64,000 nt of DNA from a virus (lineage: Duplodnaviria > Caudoviricetes): IMG/VR virus record IMGVR_UViG_3300046171_000271. One strand, 5' to 3'. A model generated the notes under the pieces. The model had not been told where the DNA came from. It saw nothing but the letters and a program-made list of their open reading frames with translations, and did no database searches. Below, one piece after another: positions 63,977 through 64,000 of the stretch (the first letter of the stretch is position 1; every line of letters begins with the position of its first letter). The position numbers and the translations under genes are program-made.

Positions 63977-64000
63977 GGACTTAAATTATGGCAGTACGTG

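Noticed and set aside
2700-64000. Frameshifts in many conserved genes (speD, thyX, phoH, gp32, gp4, gp26, giant fibre, helicase), considered as programmed frameshifting or pseudogenisation
   Set aside because: They hit essential genes, lack slippery-site/pseudoknot context and cluster in error-dense patches; uncorrected long-read indels are the simplest explanation

Overview
This is a 64-kb segment of a T4-like marine cyanomyovirus genome, AT-rich and probably Synechococcus-infecting. Host assignment is inferred from talC, cp12, speD, phoH, thyX and tRNA-Leu(UAA)/Thr(UGU). Left to right it holds: (1) auxiliary metabolic and small genes, including a tandem glutamine-riboswitch locus (1-7.7 kb); (2) the T4 core module gp33-gp59-gp32, the inverted gp53-gp48-gp2-gp4 block, then gp54-like, gp26 and gp51 (7.7-14.8 kb); (3) large baseplate/tail proteins with cp12 embedded (14.8-29 kb); (4) two tRNAs flanking an HNH endonuclease; (5) giant structural and tail-fibre genes (30.4-46.1 kb); (6) a hyperplastic early region of small ORFs, nucleases, a DNA methyltransferase and a helicase, punctuated by a repeated palindrome-plus -10 promoter unit (46-64 kb). 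Many conserved genes are split by single-base frameshifts, most likely uncorrected long-read errors; these genes are given with merged, approximate coordinates. Most notable observations: protein-coding ORFs nested inside the loops of two tandem glutamine riboswitches, apparent window-wide avoidance of GGWCC, a candidate methyltransferase-endonuclease pair, a circularly permuted SGNH domain next to a SleB-like muralytic domain in a tail protein, and at least 10 copies of an N12-spaced palindromic promoter element. All family assignments come from motif recognition only; no database searches were run.
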